DNA of 64,000 nt, from the NCBI RefSeq assembly GCF_009914755.1, contig NC_060937.1. The stretch is one strand, 5' to 3'. The position numbers and the translations under genes were made by a program. Shown here in pieces: positions 14,130 to 27,599 of the stretch (position 1 is its first letter; each line of letters starts with the position of its first letter). The notes below the pieces were generated by a model. The model searched no databases. It saw nothing but the letters and a program-made list of their open reading frames with translations, and was not told the DNA's origin. The DNA comes from the human T2T-CHM13v2.0 reference genome, Homo sapiens.

Positions 14130-15188
14130 GAGCAATTGTGACCAATAGGTGCCTGCTTATTCTCTTTTATTTTCATGTATTAAAATAAAATCATTTTGAA
14201 AGTAAAATTAAATTTTCACTTTGATATTTATAGGAATGAAAAGGCAGAGCTTTTCTTTCTAACAATGATAAAATAATTTGAAAACAAATACATCATCTCA
14301 CACAATGAATGAGTTGTGGAATTCAATATAAGGTTAATTCTTATGCAACCTCCATTAAGCATGTACGTCACAGAAATATGAGAAAATCTGACTGTAGCAC
14401 TGTTTTATTTACCAGGCGATTTATTACCTAATGAATATGAAAAAAATGGGATAAAGCTGCACTGAAATTCTTTTATTTAACCGATATATCATAGTACATA
14501 TGCTGTGCCAATCATTGTCTAAGCAGTTTAAACATATTAACTCATTTCACCCTCTGACATTTCTCTATGGTAGAAACTCTATTATTAGTAATTCAAAGGT
14601 GAATAAAGTGGAGATACAGAGACAATAAGCATGCTCAGAGACAAATATCTAGCAACTGGTGCTGCCAGGATTGGAAGTCAGGTAGACTGGCACTAGATCC
14701 ATGATTTTTACCTTCATGAAAATGTTATTATAATTGATCACTGGCTTTTTTCATAATTACATTATTTATATGTTGACAACTTGGGTGTATATGTCAAAGA
14801 TTCAGGAAGTGAGATTTTCATTTTCTTTTAGTAGTCTTTTGATGATGTATTTCTTTCACTGAAGTGCAAAACAGTGATCGTATTTCTTCAGCTGTTTTGG
14901 AGAAAGGCCTTGCTTTGTGTATTGCCCTTTATAAATTCTCATATCTATTTACACTTACACTTTCTCATTCCTGACCCCATCCTCTAGAAAAATGAGGAAA
15001 GTAGGTGTGATTAACTACATTTATTTTATTTTTTTTCCATTCTGAAGAACTTCCAATAGTCAAAACGGAAGGAAATTAAGATGGTTTTTCAATCCAATTT
15101 CCGTTTTTTCTTAGGAGGAAATTGAAGCAGAACGTAATCCAAATCTATTCAGATAACACTTTGGTTCAATGAGGACTTAATCAAGAAA

Positions 15189-15718
<530 letters not shown>

Positions 15719-15779
15719 TCAAAAATTACCAATTCCAATTTCACAGTGTGATTATAAATAGAATTTTTTTCCCTTCCTC

Positions 15780-16500
15780 CATTCAACTTTCTACAAATAT
15801 TTATTAAGCACCTAAGTCTCTCTGAGCCCCATCCTTGATGTTGTGGATATGGTAATGCATCAGGCTGACCAACGCTCTATGCTTACTGAGTTTTCCCTGC
15901 TGTAGGACAAGAAATAAGTATATCTTAATGTAAATAGAAAAATATAAATGTAGATATTAATAAGTACATGAAGGAAACAAAACAAGGCACTAGGGTAGGT
16001 AGAACATGAAGTGTGGTGCCTTTTTATTTGGGTGGCCAGGGAAAGTCCCTCTGAGAAGATGTCATTCAAATAAAGTTATAAATGAGCATATCTGTAGAAT
16101 AAGGAAAAGGCTAGTAAATAGGGCTATTGGCATTAGATGAGCAATGTAACACCAAAGGCTGACACTTAAAGCTAAGTTATCTTTCTTGAGGGGCCAACCT
16201 CCTGATAGCTGTCAATGTAGAATTTTTACACTTTTAGTCTGAGTGAAAGAATTCAGTCAACAAAGAACCTGGATCAGGGTTGAAAGTGTTCAAGAAACAG
16301 GCAAGAAGCAAACTAATATCCCTGGATCATAGTTAATTGAGAAGCATAATGATAAATGAGGTTGGGGAAGTGAAAATTATTATGGGATTTACAATTTATT
16401 TTAATTGCAATGGCAAATTATGGCAGGATTTAAGCAAGGGAGGAATATTATCAGATTCATGCTTTAAAAACATTACCCTGGAGAATGCAGTATGAGAATG
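15780..16500 (-). mobile_element. L2 LINE remnant
   Basis: CAAATATTTATTAAGCACCTA start and GGCCAGGGAAAGTCCCTCTGAGAAG motif. Confidence 0.55.
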
Positions 16501-19231
16501 CAAAAGCAAAATTTGAAAATGTAGACGTAATTCCTCTAGAAAAAATTCAAGCAAAGGCATAAAAAATGCTCTATGACGTGAAATTTACTTTCAGAAATAA
16601 AGATATAAGGACTGATTTAACGATCACTGTTTATTATATACACCAGAATTTCAGGCTTCTCTTTAAAAAATAAAAAATGGAAAAGGAGAGCACTTTCGTG
16701 GTATAAATATGAAAAATACAGTAAGAAGAGTTTTCTTATTTTTAACAATTAGTGTTTCTCAAAATATTAGAAATTAGCAGATTCTGTAAACACAGGTGGC
16801 ACATCAAGTTGTATTGATTTTCTTTGGGTAATTTGTGTACATTTATAAAGTACTATAAGGTACTATTTAATAATATTTTTACATAAAATTGGAAAAGCTT
16901 AACAATGGTTAAAAGGACATTTGATGTGCACTAATGACTATTTTTTACATCCATTGATTTCTATTATTGTAAGCATAATTAGTATATTTTGCTTAAAAGA
17001 AAAATGAGGTTCTGCTTGTTTGTCTTTCCGAGATTATGCCTGCATATTAAAAGGAAATAAAGAGAAAACAAATTAGGGGAAAAAAAACAAGAAAAAGAAA
17101 GTAATATAAACAATATTAATCAATTTCTGACAAAAATAAGTATTTAAATTGTTGTTTATGTGGGCTATGCTTGCTTGATGTACCAGTAGGAAGCTAAGTA
17201 TCTACATGTTGTCAGATACATTTAGTTATATAAGAACTGATTTTAAACCTGTAACCTGTCCAGTGTTTTTTTCATCAGTAAGTCTCCCAAGAGGTCTAAC
17301 TGCTTCTATTCCCTTCCTCAGTACATAATAAATATACTTTATAGATACACTAGCTGCAAGCGGAGTGATGTGTTCAAAATTCAAACCAGAACTGTAAGCA
17401 TTTTTGCTTAAAATTCTTCCACACCATAGCTAAGATGCTGAGCAATTCAAACTCTATACTGTAGTCTACACCTCCTCAAATGAGTTTACTCCCTCCAACT
17501 CAGATTCCCCAGTTCTAAACAATACCAACTTCTTATCATTCCTGAAGTATAGGCTGAAATATTATCTCTACAGAGAGCTTCTTGACCATGCTAGTTGAAT
17601 CCGCTTTTACTCTCTATTAGAGCATTTATTTTTATTTCCTTTAAGGGCTATTTCAATCTGTGCTTGCCTTGCATGTGAATATTTGCTTATATTGGTTGCC
17701 TCCCCTCAGTATATGAAAGTTTCTCTACTGGAGAGAACTCCATTAATCTAGCGACTTTTCATTCACTGCATAGATTAGATATATAGTAAACATTTGCCAA
17801 ATGGATCGATAAGTAGGATAAGTAACATTACATTACTGAGAACATAATATACCATTGGAAAACAATATGACAGGACATTCCTGATACTCTATTTAGATAT
17901 ATAAAGGAATACGTAATTACGTTTGTTCAGACTTGTGGGCAGAAAGTTCACGTGATGAACACAGTATCTAACTGACTTCTCCACTGATTGCTCCCTCTCC
18001 CATATCCATAGATCCACAGCATTATGTATAATATGAACAGAAAACAAAAAAACACTGAAAACTCTAGGATTGTGCTAAGCTATATAAAAGTGCCATTTGT
18101 CTATATGTCAAAAACTGAGGAATTCTTCCTATATCCTGCATTAATGAATTGAAAGCTCTGATGTGTGACTTCTCAGGGAAAAAAATATAGCATTGCTAAC
18201 AAATACATGTTCTAGAACCCTGAAGAACATCACCGGAATAAATTAGTTTGGAGTGATTAGGTCAGAAAGTGAACACTGGTAGTGGAGAAGAGGGGAAAAA
18301 CTTCATTTGAATTCACTAATGGTTGTTTCTAAAATCAGAAGTATTTGGCAAAGGCACTCAACAGTCCCTGAAGTGATACGCCCCTATAACCAGCAGAGTC
18401 CTTGTGGTGTGATAAGAGCTTAACCTGGAAAAGGAACCGGACATAAGAGTGATCTTGAACTTGCCAATTAAGGGAAATGATACAAAACGTCAGATATAGG
18501 AAAATGCTTACTTCTTCCTAAAAATATTGCTAATAATGGAAATAATTATAATAGTGGCAAATAAGAGCACTTTTTCTAAGCAGAGTCTATTCAAAGCACT
18601 TTGCATATGTATATTAACTCAAATCTCACCACAGTGCAATGATATAGTAACTAAGTATGTTTATCCCCATTTAGTATATTAGGAAATGTAAAGCAGAGGG
18701 AAAAGAGGAAACTTTCTCCAGGCCCTACACTACTAGATGGTGGAGTTTGGCTTCACATCCAGGCAATGTGAACTCTCCACTATGCTATGCTCTTTGCTTG
18801 TTGGTTTAAACAAAAGAAGAAATTTAAAAGTTGCAGTGTGGCAAATAATATTCCCCTGTTGAGACTCATGGATTTTAACACCTATACTCACTCTTTGGAT
18901 TATTAAAATCATTACATAAATTACAAATCTTCTCTGTGTAAGATACAGGAAAAACTTTGCTACAGCACACAGGCAGATAACAAGAAAAAGAGATTATTAT
19001 TAAATAGTTTATGTCTTAGATCTGGAGTCCATTCCATGTCTAAATTGAGTAGCAAGAAAAAACAGTAAAATCAAAAACAATGCAAATAACCCCCAAAACC
19101 AATGACACAAGAATACAAATACACACAATTCTAACATAGAGTCAGTTAAAATTTGTGTAAACTTAGCAAAGGAGAAGAAATATTGAAGATGGATGATAGA
19201 GAAAAAAATTGAAAGCATTTGCTTTTGCTTT

Positions 19232-19370
19232 AATATATATAAAATAAATATATATTATATATAAAATACATATATAATATATATAAAATATATATAATAT
19301 ATAAAAATATATATTATAAAAAATATATAATATATAATATATATTATATATATATACTGTGTATATATAT
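19232..19370. repeat. (TA)n-rich microsatellite at an Alu tail
   Basis: ~140 nt of TATA/TAATA motifs. Confidence 0.9.
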
Positions 19371-19652
19371 TTTTAGAAGGAATCTCGCTCTTTCACCCAG
19401 GCTGAAGTGCAGTGGCATAATCTTGGCTCACCGCAACCTCCGCCTCCTGGTTCAAGCGATTCTTCTGTCTCAGCCTTTCGAGTAGCAAGGACTAAAAGTG
19501 CGTGCCACCACATTGGGCTAATTTTTGTATTTTTAGTAGGGATGGGGTTTCACCATATTGGCCAGGCTGGTCTCAAACTCCTGACCTCGTGATCTGCCCA
19601 GCTCTACCTCCCAAAGTGCTGGGATTACAAGTGTTGAACCACCACGCCCGGC
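19370..19652 (-). mobile_element. Alu (AluS-like)
   Basis: Reverse-complement Alu ending CCACCACGCCCGGC; TSD TGCTTTAA at 19226 and 19653. Confidence 0.93.
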
Positions 19653-21502
19653 TGCTTTAAAATAAATATTAAAAAACACTATAAAACAACATAAAACCAC
19701 AAGATAATAAATAAAAATAATAGGATATTTTATAAGGAGCCAAGTAAAAAGAATTGGGAAAGATCTGGAAAACTGCTATAAAGTCAATATACATAAAATC
19801 ACATTATTGATATTTATTATAGCCATCAAAAAGCAGAGTTGTCCCTGCAGAAAGTCAAGCAAGTGATTTGTAGGAGAGATTTGATGATTTTTTTCTCTGT
19901 TGCAGAGGATATTGGCAAAGGTTTATAAAAAGACAAAAAGCAATACATATTGATGAAATACATATAATGTTGCTTTTGGTAGTTGAGATTTAAGAAAGAT
20001 ACAATAACAACTGAAATAGAAGCAATCAGCCTATGAAAAAGCTAGTAATAATATGAGAGTATGGCAAAAACCAGGAAAATTAATTTTCAAAGATACCAGT
20101 GTCATATATACCCATTTTAGTTAAACAGGAAAAAAAAAATAAGAACATTGATAGTCCAAAAGAAAAAAATCAGGATGGTCTCAAATTTCTCTGTAACATT
20201 GTATGCCTGAAGAGAAAATAATTTGGACAGTAAGCAAATGTGACTCATAATTAGCTAGTAAAATTGTGCCTCTGTATTTAAAAGCGGCAGAAATATATCT
20301 TGACATACATAAAATGTGTCTTGATATTTTTAAAACACTAGCTACATACTCTTCCTGAGTGGGGGAGAAATAGATGTTACATTCGGAAGAATCAAGAGGC
20401 TACAGTATAAAATAAATTTAATTGAGCATTGAAACCAGTTATTACAAACAAATTAAAATAATAAATTTTAAATTTATTTCAAAATAGTATATAATGATTA
20501 AACTCTAGTTAACAACAATTATTATTATAATTTAAATATTTGATGTTTTTAAGGGGTACAGCTGAAAGAAGTTCTTTGGAAAAGGAGACTAAGAGCCAAA
20601 TAAGGATATTGAAACATGTTTACTAACTACATTTTAAAAGAGAAAATACACTAATTTTTGGTTCAATATGTGTTTGTACAATTTTTCATGACTGAGACCA
20701 CAAAATAAATATCAATAAATTACTAAAGTAGAAATTGTGCAGATTTTTTTTCTTGCCATATGCATTAAAATGCATTAAAATGATAGCAATCATTTTAGTG
20801 ATTTAAAATAACATTTTTACTATTAGTTAATAGTAAAAGTTAACTAATGATAGTTATTAACTATCATTAACTAACATAAGTTAAATAATGATAGATGATA
20901 TGAAATTCCTTGGAAGTTAAGCTTGTGTTGAACACACACAATCTCAAGTATTATTTCTATTTTCAAAAAGAATTTAAGCCAGAATTATAGTATATGTATG
21001 GTCTGGTGGCAGGTTGAATAATAATCCAGAACTCAACAACTGAAAATGAATTAATTAAATCTTCAATTTAGGAAGCACAAAAGTAAAACTAACTAAATAA
21101 TAGGAATATAAAAGGAAAGGATTACTTAAAGAAAAGCATAAAGATAATAATTTTAAAAAATAGATTCTCACCTCACAGTTTAATAAGTTCCAAATGGATT
21201 AAGCATTCTAAAACAAATATAGTGCAATTTGAAGAAAATATAAAGAATATTTTCTGCCTTCACAGACTATTCTAGACAAAGAGACCACACAAAAAAATCT
21301 AAGGTCTATGACTGATACATTTGAGCATGTTATAGAAAAAAAAATTGTACATTTATGTGATTTAATAGATCATAAAGAACGATCTGGAAAATAATTTGAA
21401 ACAGAAGTGGTTGTCATCAATATTCTCTACAAAGTTCTAACAAAAAAAAAGATGATGGTAAAGGCACATGAATAGATGATCTCAACAAAAATGCAAGAAT
21501 CA

Positions 21503-21935
<433 letters not shown>

Positions 21936-23246
21936 TTAATGCTAGCTATTAGGAGGAAGCGTGATTGTGTTTTCATAAAATAAATTTGAAAAAATTGTCA
22001 GCTAATTATTTGCCTACCTCATTAATTTTTGAATTATTTGGAATACCTGTTTAGGAAAAATATTAAATTGTGAGCAAATGAGCAAGTAGCTTGAAAATGA
22101 AAGTTAAAATATTTAGATGACGATTAATAATGGTTATATATAAATTTTAAGGCTAAAAGAGTAAGAGAGAACAAAAATGGCCTTAAAAATAATACCAGTT
22201 TAAGAAACTAATCATGATCTGAGACTTTATGTACATTTATGTTTATATTGGAAAATTAAAAACCAAATTTATAACACAATAGTTTTCAAGAAATTAATTT
22301 TCATGGCAGTAGTCATAAAAGCTATATAATGCATATGAATACTAAAAGCCTTGGTTTTAAATCGCCTTGAATTCATCTTGAGATTGTTGGAGGAGGAAGG
22401 TATAATTTCTTTGCCCAACTCCTTAAAATTAAGGACATAATTTATCTTCTGTCTCTCTAATAGAAGAAGTAGAATGTTTATCACACACCGATTAATTTAT
22501 TAAATGATTAAAGAAACATAACAATAATGCAAAAATTATATAAAAGATGGAGAAAAATATTATAAGATCCATGGTGTTCTATTAAATCAAAATAAATGAA
22601 TATAAATGTGTATTATTTATAACAATTTAGCAATACTCTGTTGTATGAATATTTGGTTGTTGAATCCTTTCTGCCTTAATTTATTTTTCAATTGATTGGT
22701 TTAATTTTTATGCAAAAATTATACCTTTAAATTATACCATTCGTTGACAACTGCGTTAGAAGCAAAGGAGGTCCAGAAAAATAAGAAATGGTCCCTAAAC
22801 CCATTGTTACTTAATTTGTCAACAGAGGTACAAAATAGTAACCAAAAAAAGGGCATGATAGTGGAGCTGACGAAGATAAACCAAGCTGGACACTAAGTAA
22901 AATGGTAAGGACAGATTTTAATCAGGAATATACTCTTACGAGTATACTCAGTGTGAACTGAACTCACGTTCAATTTGTACAGAGGTGCCTGGGAGTTTTA
23001 AAGGGAGTATGTGGGAGTAAAGAGGGGAGTGAACAGAGATTTGGAAAGGCAGGGAAGTGAAAAATTACCAAGGGCTGCTCGGTGTAAATGCTGATTAGAT
23101 CAGCTGTGTTTGCTGGCTGGCAATTACAGAAGTTAGGATTGTATGCCCACACAAAGGAATTGCTTTCAGTTCTGTGAGAAAGACACTCCTTAGTTTTGAG
23201 ATATATATATATACACATCGCAATAAAAAAAGAAGGATTTCACAAT

Positions 23247-23632
23247 TGTATTCGTCCATTTTTATACTGCTATAATAAACTGCCTGAGACTGGGTAATTT
23301 TTAAAGGAAAGAGGTTTAACTGAATCACAGTTCAGCATGGCTGGGGAGGCTTCAGGAAACTTACAATCATGGCAGAGGGCAAAGGAGAAGCAAGGCACTT
23401 TCTACACAAGGCGGCAAGAGGAGAAGTGCTGAGCAAAGGGGGAAGAGCCCCTTAAAAAACCATCAGATCCCATGAGAAATCCTTCGCTATCACCAGAACA
23501 GCATTGGGGAATCCACCCCGATGGTTCAATTACCTCCACTTGGTCTCTCCCTTGACACGTGGGGATTATGGGGATTATGGGATTACAATTCAGAATGAGA
23601 TTTGGGTGGGGACACAAAGCCTAACCATATCA
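23247..23632 (-). mobile_element. MaLR LTR (THE1D/MSTA-like)
   Basis: TGTATTCGTCCATTTT...GAGATTTGGGTGGGGACACAAAGCCTAACCATATCA; 5-bp TSD ACAAT/AAAAT. Confidence 0.9.
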
Positions 23633-25282
23633 AAAATTGAAAGCTTTTTTAGTAAAGGCTTTAAGAAGGGTTCTCAGGAACCTATCTTCTGGTGTTGGCC
23701 AGAACAAATGGTAAATTCTTTGGCAGTCTAGAGCTTTCTTAGGAACTTAAGAGAGGCTAAGTTCATCCTAGGAATATGACCTTGAGCTGTTAGAAGCGAT
23801 GTCAGTGCTTGCTTAAGTCTTTTAATGTTGGGGGATGGGATGGACAAAATCATTCCTGTTGAGAGTTTGGCCTAGGTGGAGGCCTCGTCCAGAAGAGGAT
23901 GAGGAGCCTGGCTAGAATGTGGTCAAGGAGATAATCTTGGTTAGAGCAAGGGCTAAAATGTCTCCAAGATTCCACATTATCTTAACACAAGACATTACAG
24001 TACTCTGATTTATGTTTGAATTGATGTGGGAAAAATCTCATCTAAAATGTCAAAACATATTTTTAAACACAATGAGAAAGTAAGAGTATACACAGAGACT
24101 AGCATGGTGCCTGGCATAAAGTTGCACTGGAATAAATATTTTATTTTTGAATAAATGAAGATAGTTGAACCTGAAGGCACTACTGTAAATTGCAAGATGC
24201 TTTTAAAAATCTTAATTTCTCTACATGTAGTTTGATAATAAAATTGATAATATAGTTTGCTTATTAATCTTATTCATACTCAAAAAAAATGGTTACATTC
24301 ACTGTTTTGATACTGTGGGAAAAGAAATCAAATGTTTAAGGCATGCCAGGACTTCGTAGCTGCTATTTAAGATGTTGTTTTGCTGCTTACCTTTTTTTTT
24401 TTGCTTTTGCTTTTTAATGAACAGCTTGTTTCTGAAGTAGACACACACAATTTGGCGCAGTTCTCTACAGTTCAGCACAATATGGTTGAATTGGCAGTCT
24501 CTGCTCTGAGGAAGCCATTATTGTCTCAGCACCAAAACTTCATTAGTCAAATCCCTATAGAATGAGATCTTTACAAGGCAGGGATAAGACTAATGGTGTG
24601 AGGAGGGCACAGATATGCTAATCTTTACACTTGAAGAATATTTACCATAGAGAAAATGTGGATAGCTAGCTTATAATGTGTATGCTTTGCTTTGGTAATT
24701 CACTAAGAAGAAACAAAGACTTCAATTAGTTTTCAAAAAAATGATTTTAATAATAAAAATGGAAAATATTTACTATACACATATATTAAAGTTAATTTTA
24801 AAATACCTATTACTATGCTTTCTGGAGACATGAAATACAAGTCGTTCACAAACTAAACTTTTCAAAAATAGTGTCTGTAAGATTTGTTGGTTGAATTAAG
24901 CATTGTCTCTTATAAACTATTCAGCTAATCAGAATTTAATGAGAAACAAATACATCTGGATGTTAAAAATTTCTCCATATGTGAAAAAATTTTCCTACCA
25001 GCCTTTATGAAGGGAGGAAATCTTTCATGAATAAATGATATATTTCCTCTTTGCAAAGTATGAGAACCTGGTAAATACATCTTCCTCACAACTCAATCAC
25101 TATTTTGAATTATATTTGTACCACATTATAAAATTATATGTTAAAAGGTTAAGTAAAATATTTTAATTTGTAGAATAAAAACCACAATAGGCCAAAATCT
25201 TTCCTAAACCTGGAAACACAAGGTATACACGTACACACAAACACACACACACACCAGTTTATATATACATTTATATGTTGAT

Positions 25283-25608
25283 TAACTGTGGGGATACTTT
25301 CTGAGGAATTCAGCTTTAGGCAATTTTTGTCATTGTGGGAACATCATAGAGTGTACTTACACAAACCTATATGGTATAACCTACTACACACTTAGGCTGT
25401 GTGGTATAGCCTATTGCTCTTAAGCCTGTGCCACATGTAACTGTACTGAATAATGCAGGCAACTGTAACACAGTGGTAAGTATGTGTGTATCTAAGCATA
25501 TCTAAACATAGAAAAGGTACGGTAAAAATACAGCGTTAAAATCTATGGGACCAGTATCTTACATATGGTCTGATATTGACCAAAATGTCATTATGTGGTA
25601 CATAACTG
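25283..25608 (-). mobile_element. Tigger3-like (TcMar) DNA transposon remnant
   Basis: CATCATAGAGTGTACTTACACAAACCT...CATAACTG|TA; reverse-complement similarity to the copy at 29528-29812. Confidence 0.75.
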
Positions 25609-27183
25609 TATTTAATTTCGGGCACTGTCTATATTTAAAACTTAAAATGGATATTGCCAAATATTTGAAAGAGCTAAAAGTTCTAGTTCTAATTCTAGTT
25701 ATTATAAGAGATATATAATATAGTAGATATATGGTATAATACATAGCTATATATATTTTCTATAATATAAATATATCTATATATAGGTTCTAATTCTAAT
25801 TCTAGTTCTAATTCTGAAGTTTAATGCAGATTATTAGCTGTGTCACAATAATATATGTTGTAAGAAAAATTGCATGTAATGTGTATATAAAATGTAAAAT
25901 GTACAACATGATTTAGAACATTTAAAATAAGAACAAAAAAATTAAGGTATTTAAAAGTGTTGTCAATAGTAAGCTACAGTAGAGTTATGCTAACCATATA
26001 GGAAGCATTAAATAAAGACCTTACTAATTTTTTATATGATTTTATATTTTGAATAGAATTCTAGAGTATTCAAATTAGATAATTTATAAGAAAATTATTT
26101 AAAATTTCTAATATAAATATATCTGAGTAATTAAATTGTTATTCAAAATGGTATAATTCACTTTATGTTTTTAATATTAATAAGTGGCAAAAGGATTACT
26201 TCATGTCAAAACTGTTCATGTGATTTTTAAATTTTGATTTACATTCTGTTACTTTTTAAAAACTTAGCTCCTCAAGATCATTCACAAATATAGAATATAT
26301 GTTTCTTGTCTGAATTATTTTTGTATTTAATACTAAAGTTTTTACATAATAGGCATTCCTGAATTATTTACTCTTTAACTGTTTTATCAAAACATAATTA
26401 ATTGGTGTACTGTTATATTAACTAACAGTTATATAACCAGAACATAAAATATATGGTGTAATCAATCAGAATAAATATTAATTTTTCTATGTTTAAATTA
26501 TTAAATTAAGAACAAAATATCTGTGGCAATGTCAAGTTTTAACAAATGAATGCATAGGCAGTTTGATTAAATATATGGAGCATGGGAATCTGATATTTAT
26601 TGGGGTAAACTTTCATAATTACTATCAGAATCAACCAGTTTTAGATATCTTGCAAACCTAATAGGAAATATACTGCCAAAGTATACATTGCTTGACAAAA
26701 CACCATAATTTCTCTGTATCTTTAAGGTTCCTAGTGATCTAATTTGTGTTTACTGTATAAGCTTTTTCAGTTAAGTAACTACTTTGAAGTTTTAATCTAT
26801 GCAACATTTTTTTAAATTACAGAATAAATATTTTTCTATTCGAATTTTTCATTTGAATCAGCTATTGGGGCCTCCAATAGTCTCCTGTGGAAACTGCATT
26901 GTTGAACAGAAACTGGAGATACTATTGGCATTCTGCCCATATTCTTGATCTTTCCTGGGTGGCCATCTATTGACAGTTCTTTCTGTGTAAGAACATCCTT
27001 TGGAAGCAGGGGCATATTTTCCTGACCCTCCAAAGACAAGTGGAGCATTAGTAATGCTGGGGTATATTCTATACAGCTTTTTAAAGGGTCTCTAGAGGAA
27101 TTGAAACCAGTTTCCCACTGTGGTTAGCCAGTCACAGGAATATTGGCTTTGGTTCCTTCTCTGTCCATTTCATATAACATTTC

Positions 27184-27552
27184 TGTATGTTTGTTTTCAC
27201 ACTGCTATAAAGACATACCCAAGAGTGGGTAATGTATAAAGGGAAGAGGTTTAATTAACTCACAGTTCCTTATGAATGGAGAGGCCTCAGGAAATTTACA
27301 ATCGTGACAGAAGGGAAAGCAGGCACCTTCTTCCCATGGTGGACAGAGACAGCCTGTGAAGGAGGAACTGTCAAATACTTATAAAAACCATCAGCTCTCA
27401 TGAGAACTCACTCACTATCATGAGAACAGCAGGGGGAATCTGCCCCCATGATCCAGTCACCTCCCACCAGGTCCCCTCCTCAACATGTGGGGATTATGGG
27501 AGTTACAATTCAAGGTGAGATTTGGGTGGGGACACAGAGCCAAACCATATTA
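27184..27552 (-). mobile_element. MaLR LTR (MSTA/THE1D-like)
   Basis: Typical termini; perfect 5-bp TSD ATTTC at 27179-27183 and 27553-27557. Confidence 0.9.
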
Positions 27553-27599
27553 ATTTCCCTCCATAGTACTTCTGATTATTTCCTGATTGAAATACTTAT

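Noticed and set aside
22850-23930. Possible ERV LTR flanking the THE1/MST element
   Set aside because: LTR-like composition, but I cannot assign termini or family with confidence.
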